A DNA stretch of 64,000 nucleotides, taken from Mytilus californianus. Taxonomy: Eukaryota. Below, piece by piece: positions 23,441-37,545 of this stretch. The stretch lies in assembly GCF_021869535.1 (NCBI RefSeq), contig NW_026262712.1, positions 27,218,001-27,282,000 of the forward strand, given 5' to 3'. The notes below the pieces were generated by a model that had not been told where the DNA came from, searched no databases, and saw only the letters and a program-made list of their open reading frames with translations. The stretch's first letter is position 1. Each line of letters starts with the position of its first letter. A program made the translations under genes and the position numbers.

Positions 23441-26400
23441 CCTAGGCCACAATTTTGAATATCCAAAATTTAATACAAATGTGCAAACTAAAAACGAAAA
23501 AAATCCATTTCATTCTATTATATTATGAGTTTTAGTTTTACGACATACTTTACCGTATGTCGTAAACTTAAACACACAATAAACCTTCAAAAGAAAAAGG
23601 GATGTTTTTGCGCACGTACCACTGATTTAATTAATCCCACCACATTGCATGCCTGCACCGAACCAAACGACCTGGATCATGTGTTATTCGTTGATGTTTG
23701 TCTTTGTTTGTACCTCATGTTTTTTTTCTGATTGAGTCGTATTCTGGTAGATGGTGGGGTCTGTTGTGCTTTCAAGTCTGATTGGCAATTCCCGTTATAA
23801 GTTTTTTTATTCGAGTGTCTCTAATGAGTCTTTTGTAGATGAAAAGCGCAAGATTAAACGATGTCTTATTTGATGCAAACCGAGATTACTATAGGATTGA
23901 ACGCCTTTCTAAAGAAATTTATTGGTGTATAAACTGGACTAATTCACTCACAAACAAATAAAATTCCGACGGGTTCTTATAACAATTTTTTGATAAGTGC
24001 CAATCTAAAAAAGATTAATAGGGAAAAACAATTGTGTTATCACTCCTCCAACAGTTACAGACTTTGCATAGAGATTTTTTCAACCCGAAATAGGTTAATA
24101 GATGTATTGATATGCATTTGCATATAAGGTCCGAAGAAATTTTATGATATGTTTGTTAGTAACATGGTCTAGTTTATACCCCAATAAATTCGTTTAAAAA
24201 GGCGTTTAATCCTAACAATTCTTTAGTTTCCCCATCCGTAACCTCTAACACGCGTAAATTGTATATTTGTGTCATTTAACTGGCCTAGCGCATACATATA
24301 TTTTTTTTGTTAACGCAATTAATGTATTCTATGAAATTTGCTTTCTGATAAAAAAAAATAAAAAATATCTTATTATTATTCAAATGGATGTTTTGTGTTT
24401 ATTATGTAATGTAACGACAAACGCGAAGTGAAAATACATATTTTTAAAGTCGAGCTGGTTTGTGTTTTCATCGCCGCCTTCTTATTCACATAGGTTACCA
24501 AAAGTAGTTCCGTCAATGACGTCTATCGAAAAATAAATAACTTTAAGAGCAACTACCGGTAGCTCTCTCGACCAATCATATAAACGTATTCCCTAATAGG
24601 CAAATTATACAAGAATTATTGCAGAATAACTGATTTCAGTACTGCACAGGTATAAATTATATTCCCAATCGTTTTATTTTATTTTTAAATAAATCTTAAT
24701 TTAGCTAACGCAAACCGCGAGATGATCTTAAAATGAAGAGGGATGTTAACAGTTGAGCTACGTCGGATAGAAACAGACCTTATGCAAGTGCACGTAAACA
24801 TGTACATGTATAAGACTTTGATTGATTTTGGAACATTGAAATAGGAAATAAAAGATGAATTTTTGTCTGTTTTGTAGGGTTCTTATAACAATTTTTTGAA
24901 AAGTGCCAATTTAACAAAGACTAATGGGGAAAACAATAGTGGTATCACTCCTCAAACAGTTACAGACTTTGCATAGAGATTTTTCAACCCGAAATAGGTT
25001 AATAGATGTATTGATATCCATTATTTGCATATAAGGTCAATTTCTATCCGACGCAGCTCATATAATGATTTTTTTTTTTGAAACATAATCGTATATAAGA
25101 TAATGAAATTATATATCCATGCAGAGGAAGGCGCATACACGCCCACTTCACTGTACATAATCGATCCATCAAATCCAATTATAATCAGGGGAGGGCTTGT
25201 TGTATTAATATGACTGATAACGTTAAACTTTCATATATATGTTACATTAACTATTAGATAATGTACGTATGCATTCGTTTTGCATATAGATTCATATAGA
25301 ATGATATATTTCATAAAAATATTTCTGTGTGCATCCGTAATTTTGATTTTTAATCATGAGGCCTTTATGGTTTTAATTTTAAATCCAATTCAAATTTCCT
25401 AAAACAATCTCATAACTCAAATTACCATCTTTGGCTCATAATATTATATTACTAATACATTTAGTCGACAATATGCTTATGTGAATTACATCTTTCGCTA
25501 AAAACAAATCATTCAGACAAATAAAACAATTATTATTATAAACATTTTATAAAATGCCTATTGCATTAATCATCGTATCATTGATCACAGCGAGATTAAG
25601 GAAGAAGATGGTGTCTTGCTTTGCAATGAGAACAATTCAAAACAAGGCAAACAACCATAAACGATACTGGACGTGAGAAAAATGCTAGACACTTCTAGCA
25701 GTCTTCGGGAAGATGAAACACGTATAATTAATTCGCTAGCTACTAGTATCAGATCTTGGGTTTATCCGAGTAAACAGTACATCAGCACATTGCATATACA
25801 TTACTTCAAAGTTTAACTGAAAGGTATTATTAAGTCAATATACAATGGTCGCGGCCAAATCCAATTGTTTTCGGTTGATGATTTTGCCATTACAATAACC
25901 TTGCAGTAGCAATTTTTGTCAATTAAAATTTTCGTTTTCAAAACTATTTACTGAAATTTTGAAATTTGACATCCCGACCCGCACCTTTGTCGCTGGCAAG
26001 TGTCTGACATTGTATATTCTTAAGGATAGCTAAGTTCGATTAGTTAACTATGTAACGGTATGTTAGAAAGTGATTAAAAAGTAAATTAACAAAAATACCG
26101 AACTCCAAGGGAAATTAAAAACGGAAAGTCCTTTATAAAATGGCAAAATAAAAGGTCAAACACATTTAACGAATGGAAAACAACTGTCATATTCCTGACT
26201 TGGTACAGGGATTTCCTTATGTAGAAAATGGTGGATTAAACCTGGTTTTATAGCTAGCTAAACCTCTCACTTGTATGACAGTCGCATTAAATTCCATTAT
26301 ATTGGCAATAATTTGTGAGCCAAACAAACAGACATAATAGGTAAAAACGTCAAAATTTGTGGTACAGCAGTCAACATTGTAATATAATCTTAATCACTGT

Positions 26401-28031
26401 AAAACAAATAACTGTTTCAACAAAAAAAACACAAAATGGCATATAGACAAAGTACATAAGCAAACATGAAAGACAAGAATTCAAAATTGACCATAGCACA
26501 ATAACACAATGGCGGGATGTATAAGTACCGAGCCACGTCATGGGTATTAAAAAAAATAGAATGGTTTTTCCTCCTTGTGATATGAGTATTAGCCTTAGCC
26601 TTTTTACGAATGAACCGTGTACTAAATTTTTTACTGGTTTAATGAGGGTGTGGATGGGGGTTTACAGAATAGAGAATAATGGGCAAAAAATATAAAGAAT
26701 AGGGGAAAATGGACAAAAAAAAAAAGAATTGAGGATAAAGAGTTGCTAGAATACAAACAATAGAGAACAATGGACAAAAAGTATAGAGAATAGAGAAAAA
26801 TGGCCTAGAAAATTAATGAATACTGAAATGGAGGACCCTAACCAGACCCTCTTTAATGTGTTCTTACTCTTATTCAAGTGATTGATTATTGATTATTCAA
26901 TAATAGTAGTTTAAATATGCTACTTATAACAACTGTTATTTCGGATATATCGAGGCGGTCATTTTGTAACGACGGATGAAGCCGGAGAGACGGGAGAGAT
27001 CCACCGAATATATCAGAATTTCATTCATTTAACATTACCTTTTACCCAAAAGCATAATACAGTATAACTGTAATGCTAAAAACTGTTGCCAAAGGATGTT
27101 TTGCTGAATCATAGATAAATATATGTACGTATTATGAGAGTTGACGCCAGAACCTTTTCCTTGATCTTTTCAACTTTAGAAAAATATGTAGGGCATTATC
27201 AATAATTTCAATTTGTCAAACCTTATCAAAATGTAACTAACAAAGAAAGAAAAACCTAAAATTGAGGTTTTAAACTTCAAAAATGGTTCTCCAAACCAAA
27301 TATCATTTAATGTATATCAGACTAGTTAATATTGACAGAAATGTATGAAAGATAAGAATACAAAATGGTAATAAGAAGCACAACAAGCTGATGCTGTAAA
27401 GAAACGTCTGTTGTTGAAGGCATTGACAAACGGAAGTGTTAAATACATAGAAATGCAACATATTCTAACTTCAGGCAGTATTAACCTTGGTTTGCATTTA
27501 GGTCTTGCAAGAGGAATAAATTTGCAATCGCTTCCACTCTATGAAGGTTTCTATAGGCTAATCCTAGGGTTTCCGCGTAGTATTTGCAGGAGGGATGCAT
27601 TTGTAGCCACTTTACTCTTTGAAGGTGTCCGTAGGTAGCCTATTGGAAACGAAAATGACCAACCCTATCCAGTATGACCTTATTTTTCAGTTAAAGACTT
27701 TTGCTGTTTGGTAGATAGTTGTGTTATTGGCAATTTCATCATCTTGATTTAATAAACATTTAAGATGAATACATATGTCTACTTTTTGGCCCTTCAATTC
27801 AATCAATTTAGACAATTTCAAGTCCGTTGGCAAATATTACAAGAATAGTCATGTTTACGAAAAACTAGTATACAACATGCTGCTTATACTAGACCAAGAT
27901 GGAAATATTTTTTTACTATTTTCGCAGATTCAAATTTCATAGCATAAAAACGCAAAAGTCACATTACAGGTTTGAATATCATACGTATAAAAGCTGCTCC
28001 ATTGTAGATCACGACGAATATTTCAGTCGTT

Positions 28032-28122
28032 ATGTCTCTAACAAGCATGTTGATTTCTTGGATTGTGGTCTTTTATATGATTACCTTTGCAGGTGCGACG
28101 ACCTCGTGCAGAACAGCGGACG
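28032..28122 (+). CDS. C1q-3 exon 1, signal peptide
   Basis: MSLTSMLISWIVVFYMITFAGATTSCRTAD, g|gtatgt donor. Confidence 0.85.
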
Positions 28123-28296
28123 GTATGTTGGTAAAGTCTACAAAGTAACATAATAACAAATAAAAAACCTTTTCAAAAAGGTATGGGGTGCTTCGCCGCA
28201 AAATAAAATTTACGTGAGCTTTTGATTTTGTATTTTTGTGATTTCATGGTTATTATCTAATGGCTGATATAATGATAATATTATACACATTATATA

Positions 28297-28854
28297 TCTA
28301 TACTACTAAAATAACGAGGTATAATTTGTTAGCCGGCATGACGTGAAAACAACGAAACAAAGAATTCAACTTTATATGTAACTAATATAGGACAATAGTG
28401 TTGATTAAAAAAACACCATTCCAGACCCTATTGTTGTCCACATAATTAATATTACCAATAATAAACACGTTCCTGGTCGAATCCGATACCAATACCAATA
28501 GTACCTGTTACCTGTTACCTAATATGTACATCTGTCAAGCGCACCACTAAATGGTGTGTTTAGGATTTTCTATATACACGGGTCATAATAACACCTGAAC
28601 TTCGTCATTATAAGGGATTGACACTATTAAATTCAACCATTGACTAAACAAATCTACAAGTAGTTTCCGGTTGTTGTAAGAAAATCAGGACGGATTCATA
28701 CATGAGAAAGATTTTGAAAGCAGAGAAAACTTTGCACCTTATAATCAGCATGACTTTATCAAATGGCACTGCGAATACTAAAAATCCAGGCTGAAAATAA
28801 GGCGTATGTACTTAAATTCAGTCACAGACCCGCGATGTCACTGGTGTGTTCTAG
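28297..28854 (+). mobile_element. Non-autonomous Helitron in the C1q-3 intron
   Basis: A|TCTATACTACTAAA...degenerate GC hairpin (acccgcgatgtcactggt)...CTAG|T; no TSD. Confidence 0.8.
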
Positions 28855-29046
28855 TAGGTTATATTAAACTAATCGTGTTTTGCAGATTTTGCAAAGGGAA
28901 AGCATTATAATAAATGTATCAATTTTGACTCTCAGCGCTTATCCAACTATATGTAATACCCGATAGCAACATATTCATCGTTACACCCCAGTTCTATTGT
29001 TATACTCCATAGTTTCTATTTCTGAAACAAGTGTAAATTGAATAGA

Positions 29047-29160
29047 TCTATTGTTACGAATAACAATGGATTTTGACCACAGGGTGTGACGAGCGGGGTT
29101 TCTGGAAACCCCTGCTTCTACATCCAGCAAACAAAGTCCATTGTTATTCGTAACAATAGA
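29047..29160. mobile_element. Palindromic miniature element, 28-bp TIR tctattgttacgaataacaatgga
   Basis: Near-perfect inverted arms with an inner GC palindrome. Confidence 0.75.
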
Positions 29161-30128
29161 AATTGATTATTTTTTAAATAGCATGAACATAAGAAATTAC
29201 TAATAGTGTTCACTACAAATTATTTCATGATATTAAAAAAACACATTTTAGGAAATTCCAATAAGCATCTATATGGAATACAAAAATAATCCTTTAAATA
29301 CTCTTTTGCTTGAAGGCATTTTTTTTTATCCTAGTCATATGTCTCCATTCTAAGCATTGGTCTTTTAAAAAATGGGGATTCTTACTCCCGGACCACCCTC
29401 CCCCCGGTTACCCAGTGGCCGATCCGGGGTTGGGGGTTCTGCGGGTTTGACCCGACTTTTATTTAAAAGATCAATGCATTTGAATGGTTGGACCCCCTTT
29501 TTTTCTCTCGAGTTTGGAACCCCCGGCTGGATCAGCCCCTGATTGCCCCCAAAAAGGGAGTTTCTCCATATTAAATATTATATGTTGAGCGTGTCTGGTA
29601 GTCGGGTTTCTAATGCAGACACACCTATCCCTTAGTATGTTCGAATATGAATGTTTGTTTATTCTCGAGAAGAGGGATGGGGCTTTTGTTTTTGATAAAA
29701 TCGTAAGATATAAAATACAGTTATGATTACCTTTATTAAACTCTTCTATCAAATCCAACGCTTGCAACAAGGTGTCGTCCGTCTTATACCCGTCCATATT
29801 GACAACTGTATACCAGGAGCATGACCCTTTTTTTTGTTTTTAATAAGAATACACGAAACAGTCAACCTTGACCTGCTTATCCATATTAGCACATGGATTT
29901 AACGGGAATATGCAAAACAACTTGACATTTGTAAAATATACTCACTTGTCAAAGTTTGAACGAAGATAACCAAAGAAAGGTTACTAGTGGGGTTTCATGT
30001 AATAAAAACATATTCTTATAAATCTTGGTTTGATATTGTCAATAAATATGCTATCGTTTTTTTGTTTGTTTTTTTTTTCATTTAATAATCAATGTTTACA
30101 AATATAGGGTTCAGAATGGGGTGTAAGT

Positions 30129-30232
30129 TAGTTATACACCTCGGGATACGGCGTGTCTGGATAAGAAACCCCTCCGACCTCCGGCCGACGGGGTTTCTTA
30201 TCCAGACGCACCTATCCCTCGGTGTATAACTA
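30129..30232. mobile_element. Palindromic miniature element, about 43-bp arms (tagttatacacc...ggtgtataacta)
   Basis: Inverted arms with few mismatches, about 18-nt loop. Confidence 0.75.
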
Positions 30233-31612
30233 TTACATTGGGTTTAGAAAAGCCATACTGTTAAGACGAAAGACGAAATTAAAACAAGATAAATGAACGG
30301 GAAAGTGCCTTCAATTTTATAGTTTATTGAAGATAATGTCGTCAATAGAAACCAGCATGTAAAAAAATATAATTGAGCGTTGTTGTTATACCGTCAAATA
30401 GGGAGGTTCAGTCAAGAATTTATCACAATAGAAACTCCACGATAATCCCATTTGTCGGTGGTCCCTCTTCCTCCGTTACTCTAATGAGTTCTTTGTTAAA
30501 CGCATTTCAAGGCTGTGTGACGTCCAATCTAATTAAAATATATCTCTCTGATTTCGTTATACGCAAGTTAATAAAGGTCAGAATTTTAATCAGATTGTGT
30601 GAAGTCCAATACGTTGGTTCTGTATTGATAACTTTGACCGTCAATTATCATAACGTTAAAACTCACTTTGATAAGTTTGACTGACCCAAACTAAAAACCT
30701 TTTCCCCCGTTTGCTGATGAGAAAAAAACAAACTTTCTATAATAAAAATCACAGAGTCAAATGCAATCAAATCGATCGATCATCTGACTTTCATCATATT
30801 AATATTGTACAATGCTGCTCGACAAAATATTTCAAAGCATTTTTGAACTCGTTCGATACGATAACTCGAAACAATTTTCATATTGTGACTCGCAGCTGAT
30901 ATTTTGCAGTATTAATATGTAGATAATCGATACTTACTTAAGTGTCAATCTGCCTACGAATCAGGCAGTGGTGAAACATGACAAAAACCCACTCATGTTT
31001 ACATTAATTGTAAGTTCAAAATGTTTAATGGTGCACGAAAATAACATTCGTTTCCTTTTTCTGTTCTAGTATTTCAAGATATAATTTGGTTGAAATGCAC
31101 TATAAATTAACAAATAAGGTGAGGTAACTCCTTTTTTGCTATCATTCTAACAACAAGTTATTCAGAGATTTCTCGAATTACCAGACACACAGAAACGAAA
31201 GACCTACCATTTCTAACTAATGAGGAAGGTGACTTCAAAAAATGATGGTTAGAACGGCGGGTTTTTTTTCAGTCATGTTTTAAAATTCCTCTAAATTGCT
31301 TGTTTCTTACAAAGATTGGCACTTAAACGGACAATGTAATTTAACATTACCTATATTCATCGAGATCAATTTATGTGTATCAAACTGAACCATTATAATT
31401 AATTGATTAAATGACAGTTGCGAATGAAAAAAATACAGTACTAGTATCAGGGTTTGCTTCTGTTAGCTTACTTTAACTATTTGCATCAATTTTTATACGA
31501 AAGTCTTGAGCGGTGAACGTGATGCATGCATTAAAGACAAATACCATGTTTGCAGTTTACATTTGATCTAAATTTAAACAAATCAAACTAAAACAGTTTT
31601 GAACAATTTCAG

Positions 31613-32070
31613 GTCAGTATGATGTCATTGTCAATTACCGTGGTAAAACTGGTCCAGAAACTCCTAAATCGAGAGTAATTGCATTTTACGCCTTCATGTC
31701 AAAATCAATCACGAGCCCGGGCGTTGGTCGCCGACTGGTATTTGATGTAATGAAAACAAACCAAGGTGGTGGATATAACAGCCATACGGGCGTTTTTACC
31801 TGTCCAAAGACTGGAACATACGTTTTCGTGTGGGTTGTAAGACTGGGTTCTGCATATCATTCTTTTGAGTTGATGATCAATAATTCCGTGTATGGATCCA
31901 CCCATCTTTATAACAATGGTACCGGAGGCAGTGTCAGTGGTACAGTTGTTGCGCATGTGTCGAAGGGCGAGAGTGTTTACGTTCGTGCGCACTCTTCCTA
32001 CAAAGGTTCGGGTGTAATAAATAGTGATACAAACGGTAGAACAGCATTTTCTGGATGGTTACTGAACTAG
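31613..32070 (+). CDS. C1q-3 exon 2, intact gC1q domain (about 182 aa total)
   Basis: tttcag acceptor; GYNSHTGVFTCPKTGTYVF; AATAAA at 32080. Confidence 0.95.
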
Positions 32071-34505
32071 TTTGATACTAATAAATGCATTCTCTCAAAA
32101 CTGTTTTAGGCTTATTACATAGTATTATCGCCAAAATATAGTGGACTACCCTCAGCTATACAGTAAAACTGCTTTTCATTTATTTTGGCAGCTCAATACA
32201 ATTAAAACGTTAAGTGTTTTATCGGACTAAAGTAAAACTTGTTTTGATTTTCTGTTAATGCAAAAATACTGCCACTTTTTTAAATTGTAAATTCATTGAA
32301 AGGTTCATTTTAATTATTCTAGACAATGCCGCATAAAAAATTAATTTCCATCTCTCATGCAAAACCAGTTGACACATTTTGTGGTTGAGGATATTTATTT
32401 CAAGCTGCTTTTGTAAAGATTATTTATTTACACTTACTGCAACCCACTTCAGATTGTTTATTTTCAAACCCAACCCACAACTTATAATGTAAATAATGCA
32501 TGGTTCTATAAAAGAGACATCTCCATCGATGAATTATAATAACAATTACAACAAATATTTTAACCATAATATTCACAACAGTTTCTTATAGCCAAGAAAA
32601 CAAGATTATTGATTATTGTTCAGCAAATATGCCATGCTCTTTAATCCTGAAAATGTTTCGGACACACCATATCTATTGTGTTATTTTCATGCTGGGTCGA
32701 TATACGTGGCTGAAAAACGATTAGTCTCCGGAGGGAATCGTGAACTCTGTAGTTATTATCTAAAAGAAATGCAAGGTTTCAAACTTCCACATGCAAAGAT
32801 GACTTTAGAGTAAATATAGATTTGAATAGGTCCCTTTTGGTTATGTAGCTCCACCAGTGTACAGGCGTTTATACATCCTTGGCTTACATATATTTAGGTT
32901 TGATAAATCTAGAAAACAGAAATTTTGCCTTGTAACAGTCGAACTACGGACACTTGCGGTGAATTGTTGCAAATCTTCAAGACACTTTTAAGTGATATTA
33001 AAAAAGGAGTTACCGTTCCTGGTGATATCGTTAACAAATCAGATCAAAATTTTTAATTTACCATATAAACAATGTTTTAGACAAATTAATACAAAACAAA
33101 ACAAACTGTCAAAGCATACACGAATCAATATTAATGTCAAGAAAAGTACAAAGAACAAAACATACGCTTCAACCCTAATTTCTATGGACAATTTCAAAGA
33201 TAATACATCAGTTTAATATGTATCATGGATACGGCGTATTCGTCATTTCTGTAAAAATGATTATCGTAAAAGAATACATTAGATATTAGGGATTTCTCAT
33301 CATACCCTTTATTAAAATGTATGAAATAAAACAAAATCTGTAAATGACATATTCAAGTTCGTAGCTTCTTACATCTTTTAACAGCAAGGCATATACAGGC
33401 GTTATATATACATTTATTTTCTCAAAATTGTTCTGTTTTTTTAATAATCTGACGATTTCAAGTACTCACTAGCCTCTCATAAATACTGTCTATTTCAAGT
33501 AAATCTTTAACGAGACTTCTTGAAACCTGTTAAAAGTGTTGTTTTCTTATCTTTTTTATTTAGCTCTGTAACCAACAGTGGTAGCTGCCTTTGCTATGTT
33601 GATTGTCTTCCTATAGAAGCAAACATATGTTGCTCCACTTTCCAAATATAACATGCCGTATTTGCTCAAGTTAGTGGTCATTTTATTGGTAGATACACAC
33701 TGTTTTCTATTGTGTTTTGCAGTTTTACGACATACTAGACCAAATGCCTAATTATAAACCGGCAAAAAAAGGGTGAGTGTATGCGCAAGTTAACGTAATT
33801 CAATTAACAGAACCACATTGTGTACATGCCTACACCTAGTTAGACTATCTGAACCATGTGTTGTTCGTTGTTGCTTTTTTGTGTACGCAAGATATTTTTA
33901 GGTTGAGTTGGTTGTAAGTTGTTGCTGTGGTCTGTTAATTGTACTTTCCTGTATGTTTGGTAAATCCCGTTTATATTCTGTTTACAGAGGATGCTTTACA
34001 GAGTTTTATGCACTTCTTTTTTGGTATTAAAACGGTTTTACAGCCGATAAAATAGGGTTACGCTTCTGCAAACTCATTGCTAGATTAAACGATGTCTTAT
34101 CTATCATACAAATCAAGAATACTACAGAATAATAATTTAAATACTGAAAGATGATAATTTGTATAACTAAATTATTGAAACAATAATCATACAACGATCA
34201 TGAAATTTAGTAAGCATGCGGAGGAAGGCGCATATATGCATCATCGATCCATTAAATACCCTTATTATTAGAGACTTGACGTATTAACATTACTGATAAC
34301 GTTAAAACCTCATTCAGTTTCATTAACTTCTAAGTAGATTCAAATAGAATGATATTTTTGTATTTGTCATCAACATCTTCTATGTGCATTTTTAAATTTT
34401 TCAATAAAGAACCAAATATAATCGACTGTTCATTTATACTATGGACATTTTTTTATAAAGTTTTCGATTTTTAAATTCAAGTTCGTTGGAGATGAAAACC
34501 AACAT

Positions 34506-36374
34506 ACTTACTTACTTACTTAGTCCTTGCTATGCCTTATGGCACATAGGGCAAGGACAAGTTTCCTCCATTCTTCTCGGTTGTTTGCTTTTCTTTCCAC
34601 TGTGCCCCAGGTATATCCTCTTTCCTTTAATTCATTTTCTATGGTGCGTCACCATGTTGTTTTAGGTCGTCCTCTTTTTCTTTTTCCCTCTGGTGTCCAT
34701 CTAAGCGCTACCTTGGTCATGTCTTCAGATGGTTTGCGTAAAACATGACCAAGCCAACTCCATCTCTTTTGTATCAGCAAAGTCTCCATGTCCTTGGTGT
34801 TGGTAATCTCATATAGGTCTTTGTTGGAGATTTTGTTTGGCCAGAATATTTTCATTATCTTCCTCAGACATGTGTTATGGAAGCTGGAGAGTCTGTTGAT
34901 ATCTTTCTCAGTTATTCTCCAGCACTCTGAGCCATATATAAGTACAGATAATACACAGCATTTATAGAGTCTGAGCTTGGTCTTCTTTGAAAAGGCTGTT
35001 GTGTTCCAGATGTTGCCTAATCTAATGAATGCTTATCTAGCTTTTCCTATTCTGATCTTTATATCTCTTTCAGCACCACCTTCTGTTGTTATACAACTTC
35101 CTAGGTAATTAAATGAGTCTACTGTTTCCAGCTGTTTTCCTTCTACAAATATGACAGGGTGTCTCTCTGTGCTGAAGTACATTAACTTTGTCTTTTTGGC
35201 ATTGATCTTAAGTCCAATTATTTTAGCATTTTCTCCTAGCTTTTTGGTCTTCTCCTGCATATGGTCTTCGGTATGCGATAAAAGTGCTAAATCATCAGCA
35301 TAGTCTGTGTCCTCAAGCTTGGTTCAAAGTGTCCATCTCAGTCCGGTTTTACTTTCTGCTAGGGTCGTTCTCATCACCCAATCAAAGCCAATTATAAAAA
35401 GCACAGATGACATAACACATCTTGCTTTACTCCTGATTTTATAAGGAAACTAGTGTCAGCTACAGAATTGATGGTACATGAGAAGTTTGTATAGAACTGC
35501 TTGATGAGTTGCACTATCTTACTTGGTATTCCATAGTTTCTTAAAGTTTCCCAAAGACTTTCCCGGTGTAAGCTGTCAAAGGCTTTTTCGAAGTCCACAA
35601 AATTTACAAGTAGTTTTTTCTGCCACTCATGGCACTGTTCAAAGATGTTTCGTAGGACAACTATGTGGTCTATGCAACCTCTACCTTTTCTGAAACCAGC
35701 TTGTTCTTGTCGTAGTTTCTTATCAACAGCGTCTATAATTCTTGATATAGAAATTATGCAGAAGACCTTACTTGGAATGGATAGTAAGGTGATTCCTCTT
35801 CAGTTGTTGCAGTTAGTTATGTCTCCTAATTTTGGTATTGTTATGATCTTGCCTTCAGACCAACTGTTAGGAATAACAGCTTGTTCCCATATTTTCTGGG
35901 ATACTGGGTGTAAAGTATCAGCTGCCTGCACTGGATCTATCTTAAAAAGTTCTGCATTTAGTTGGTCTATCATGTCTATGCCAGGTGCCTTTTTGTTTTT
36001 CAAGTTTTTAATGGCTTTCTGTATTTCTTGTTTTGAAGGTGGATCTGTATCTATTTCTAGGTCTATGGGTGCTTCAGGAATAATTGCTAGCTTGTCTGGA
36101 TCTTTTCGGTTAAGAACCTCTTGAACATGTCCCTGCCATCTTAAGTATTGATCTCGTTCTGTTGTTAGTATATTGTTGTTTTTGTCTTTGATTGGCATAC
36201 TTACCGTAGCTTTTTTACCACTTAGTTGTTTAGTTACTTGGTAAATCTGTCCCATTCTCTGATTTGAAGCTGCACTTTCTGCTTCTCTTGCTAGGTTTCC
36301 ATAAAATCTCTCTTGTTCTTACGTGTTGCTGTCTTTACCTTCTTGTTGCATTCTGTATATTTTGTTCTTGAAGT
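34506..36374 (-). mobile_element. 5'-truncated, frameshifted RTE-clade LINE
   Basis: RT fragments KAPGID, DFEKAFDS, LEDTDYADDLAL, WLGHVLR, RKRGRPKTTW; (TAAG)n 3' tail; candidate TSD caacat at 34500-05 and 36375-80. Confidence 0.92.
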
Positions 36375-37307
36375 CAACATGCTTGGATAAAATATGTCGT
36401 TTGTATTTGTTAATGAAATCTTTTTAGTTTAACAGTTCTGAGAGTATATTGCAATCTGGACTTTTTATTTACGAAGAGAGACTGTTCTTCTAATTCCAAA
36501 TTTTCTTCACCCCAAGTATGACTAAAGTATAAAAACAATGTTAACTTTTTGTTTGCAATAAAGGAAACCCCTTGCCAAGTGGGGCGTCCTTTGGTTATAC
36601 TGAATGTATGAATACGCAGCCACGTTCGATCCGAAAAAAGACATTAAATCCGATGTCTCGTGTAGAGAGAGAGTGGCACGCTTGCAACAATATTGTAGGG
36701 GTGTAGGTGTTACCCACACTTGTTTACTTATATATTTGTTCCTCTTAACAGAAGTTCCTCTGGAAACTTTGTTATAAACAATGATCTAATATGAACAAAT
36801 ATTATATCTACCTTTTATTACGTCAGGATCAAGTACCGTAATATTTTTTTTCCAGTGGACACAATATTCCATATTAAGAACATATATTATAAAAGAATGT
36901 CTATTCTATGACAGTATGTTGACAGGCCAAATTTCTATGTTTATCCAATATATCCTCATTGACAGTACAAATTTTCCGCTCTCAATCCCGGTCGATTCCT
37001 TGAATACAGGAGATACCTTTGGTATTAATTATTAATTTGTTTTCGTCCTTAACATGCATGAATTATTTGACTGGAAGTACAGAAAACAGCAATCAATCAA
37101 TCACATTCCTTTTTAGCAAAGTGTTTGTTTATGATAGAGCGAGGCCACACATTTTATTTGTAAAGCAAAATATTGTAAGGTTGTTGATTGCCTTATATTT
37201 ATAGGATAATGATATTTATTATATACATGTACCAGTTTGGAAGCCGGTTATCTTTTCCATTTCTTTGTATGAAGTAGATTTTCGATTACAGCTTGTGTCG
37301 GCCTGTT

Positions 37308-37380
37308 TAGGTGTCGGACTAATGGGATGTCGGGTCAATCGGGTGTCGGACTAATGGGGTGTCGGACCAATGGGGTGTCG
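37308..37380 (+). repeat. About 20-bp tandem repeat (ggtgtcggactaatgg...) x4
   Basis: Direct reading. Confidence 0.8.
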
Positions 37381-37545
37381 GAATAGCGGGGCGACCCTGG
37401 TTATTACCACAAAACTCGGATCAAGTTTGAATTTGGCTGGCGTCACTTTTACGGTTCTTGAATTTGTTCCCTCATAACGTTATATGCTAGCGAGGGCATC
37501 ATCTGTGTCTCATGAACACATTCTCCATTTATTACTGATTGTCAG

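Noticed and set aside
27899-28153. ORFs overlapping C1q exon 1 (also 63669-63911)
   Set aside because: Alternative frames over the promoter and signal-peptide exon; the real frame starts at 28032 / 63814
29471-29797. Minus-strand 108-aa ORF with a protein-like start (DDTLLQALDLIEEFNK)
   Set aside because: No recognisable domain or splice sites; its end runs into a MITE. A BLASTX hit would be needed
35645-36124. 159-aa plus-strand ORF
   Set aside because: Antisense shadow of the RTE reverse transcriptase frame
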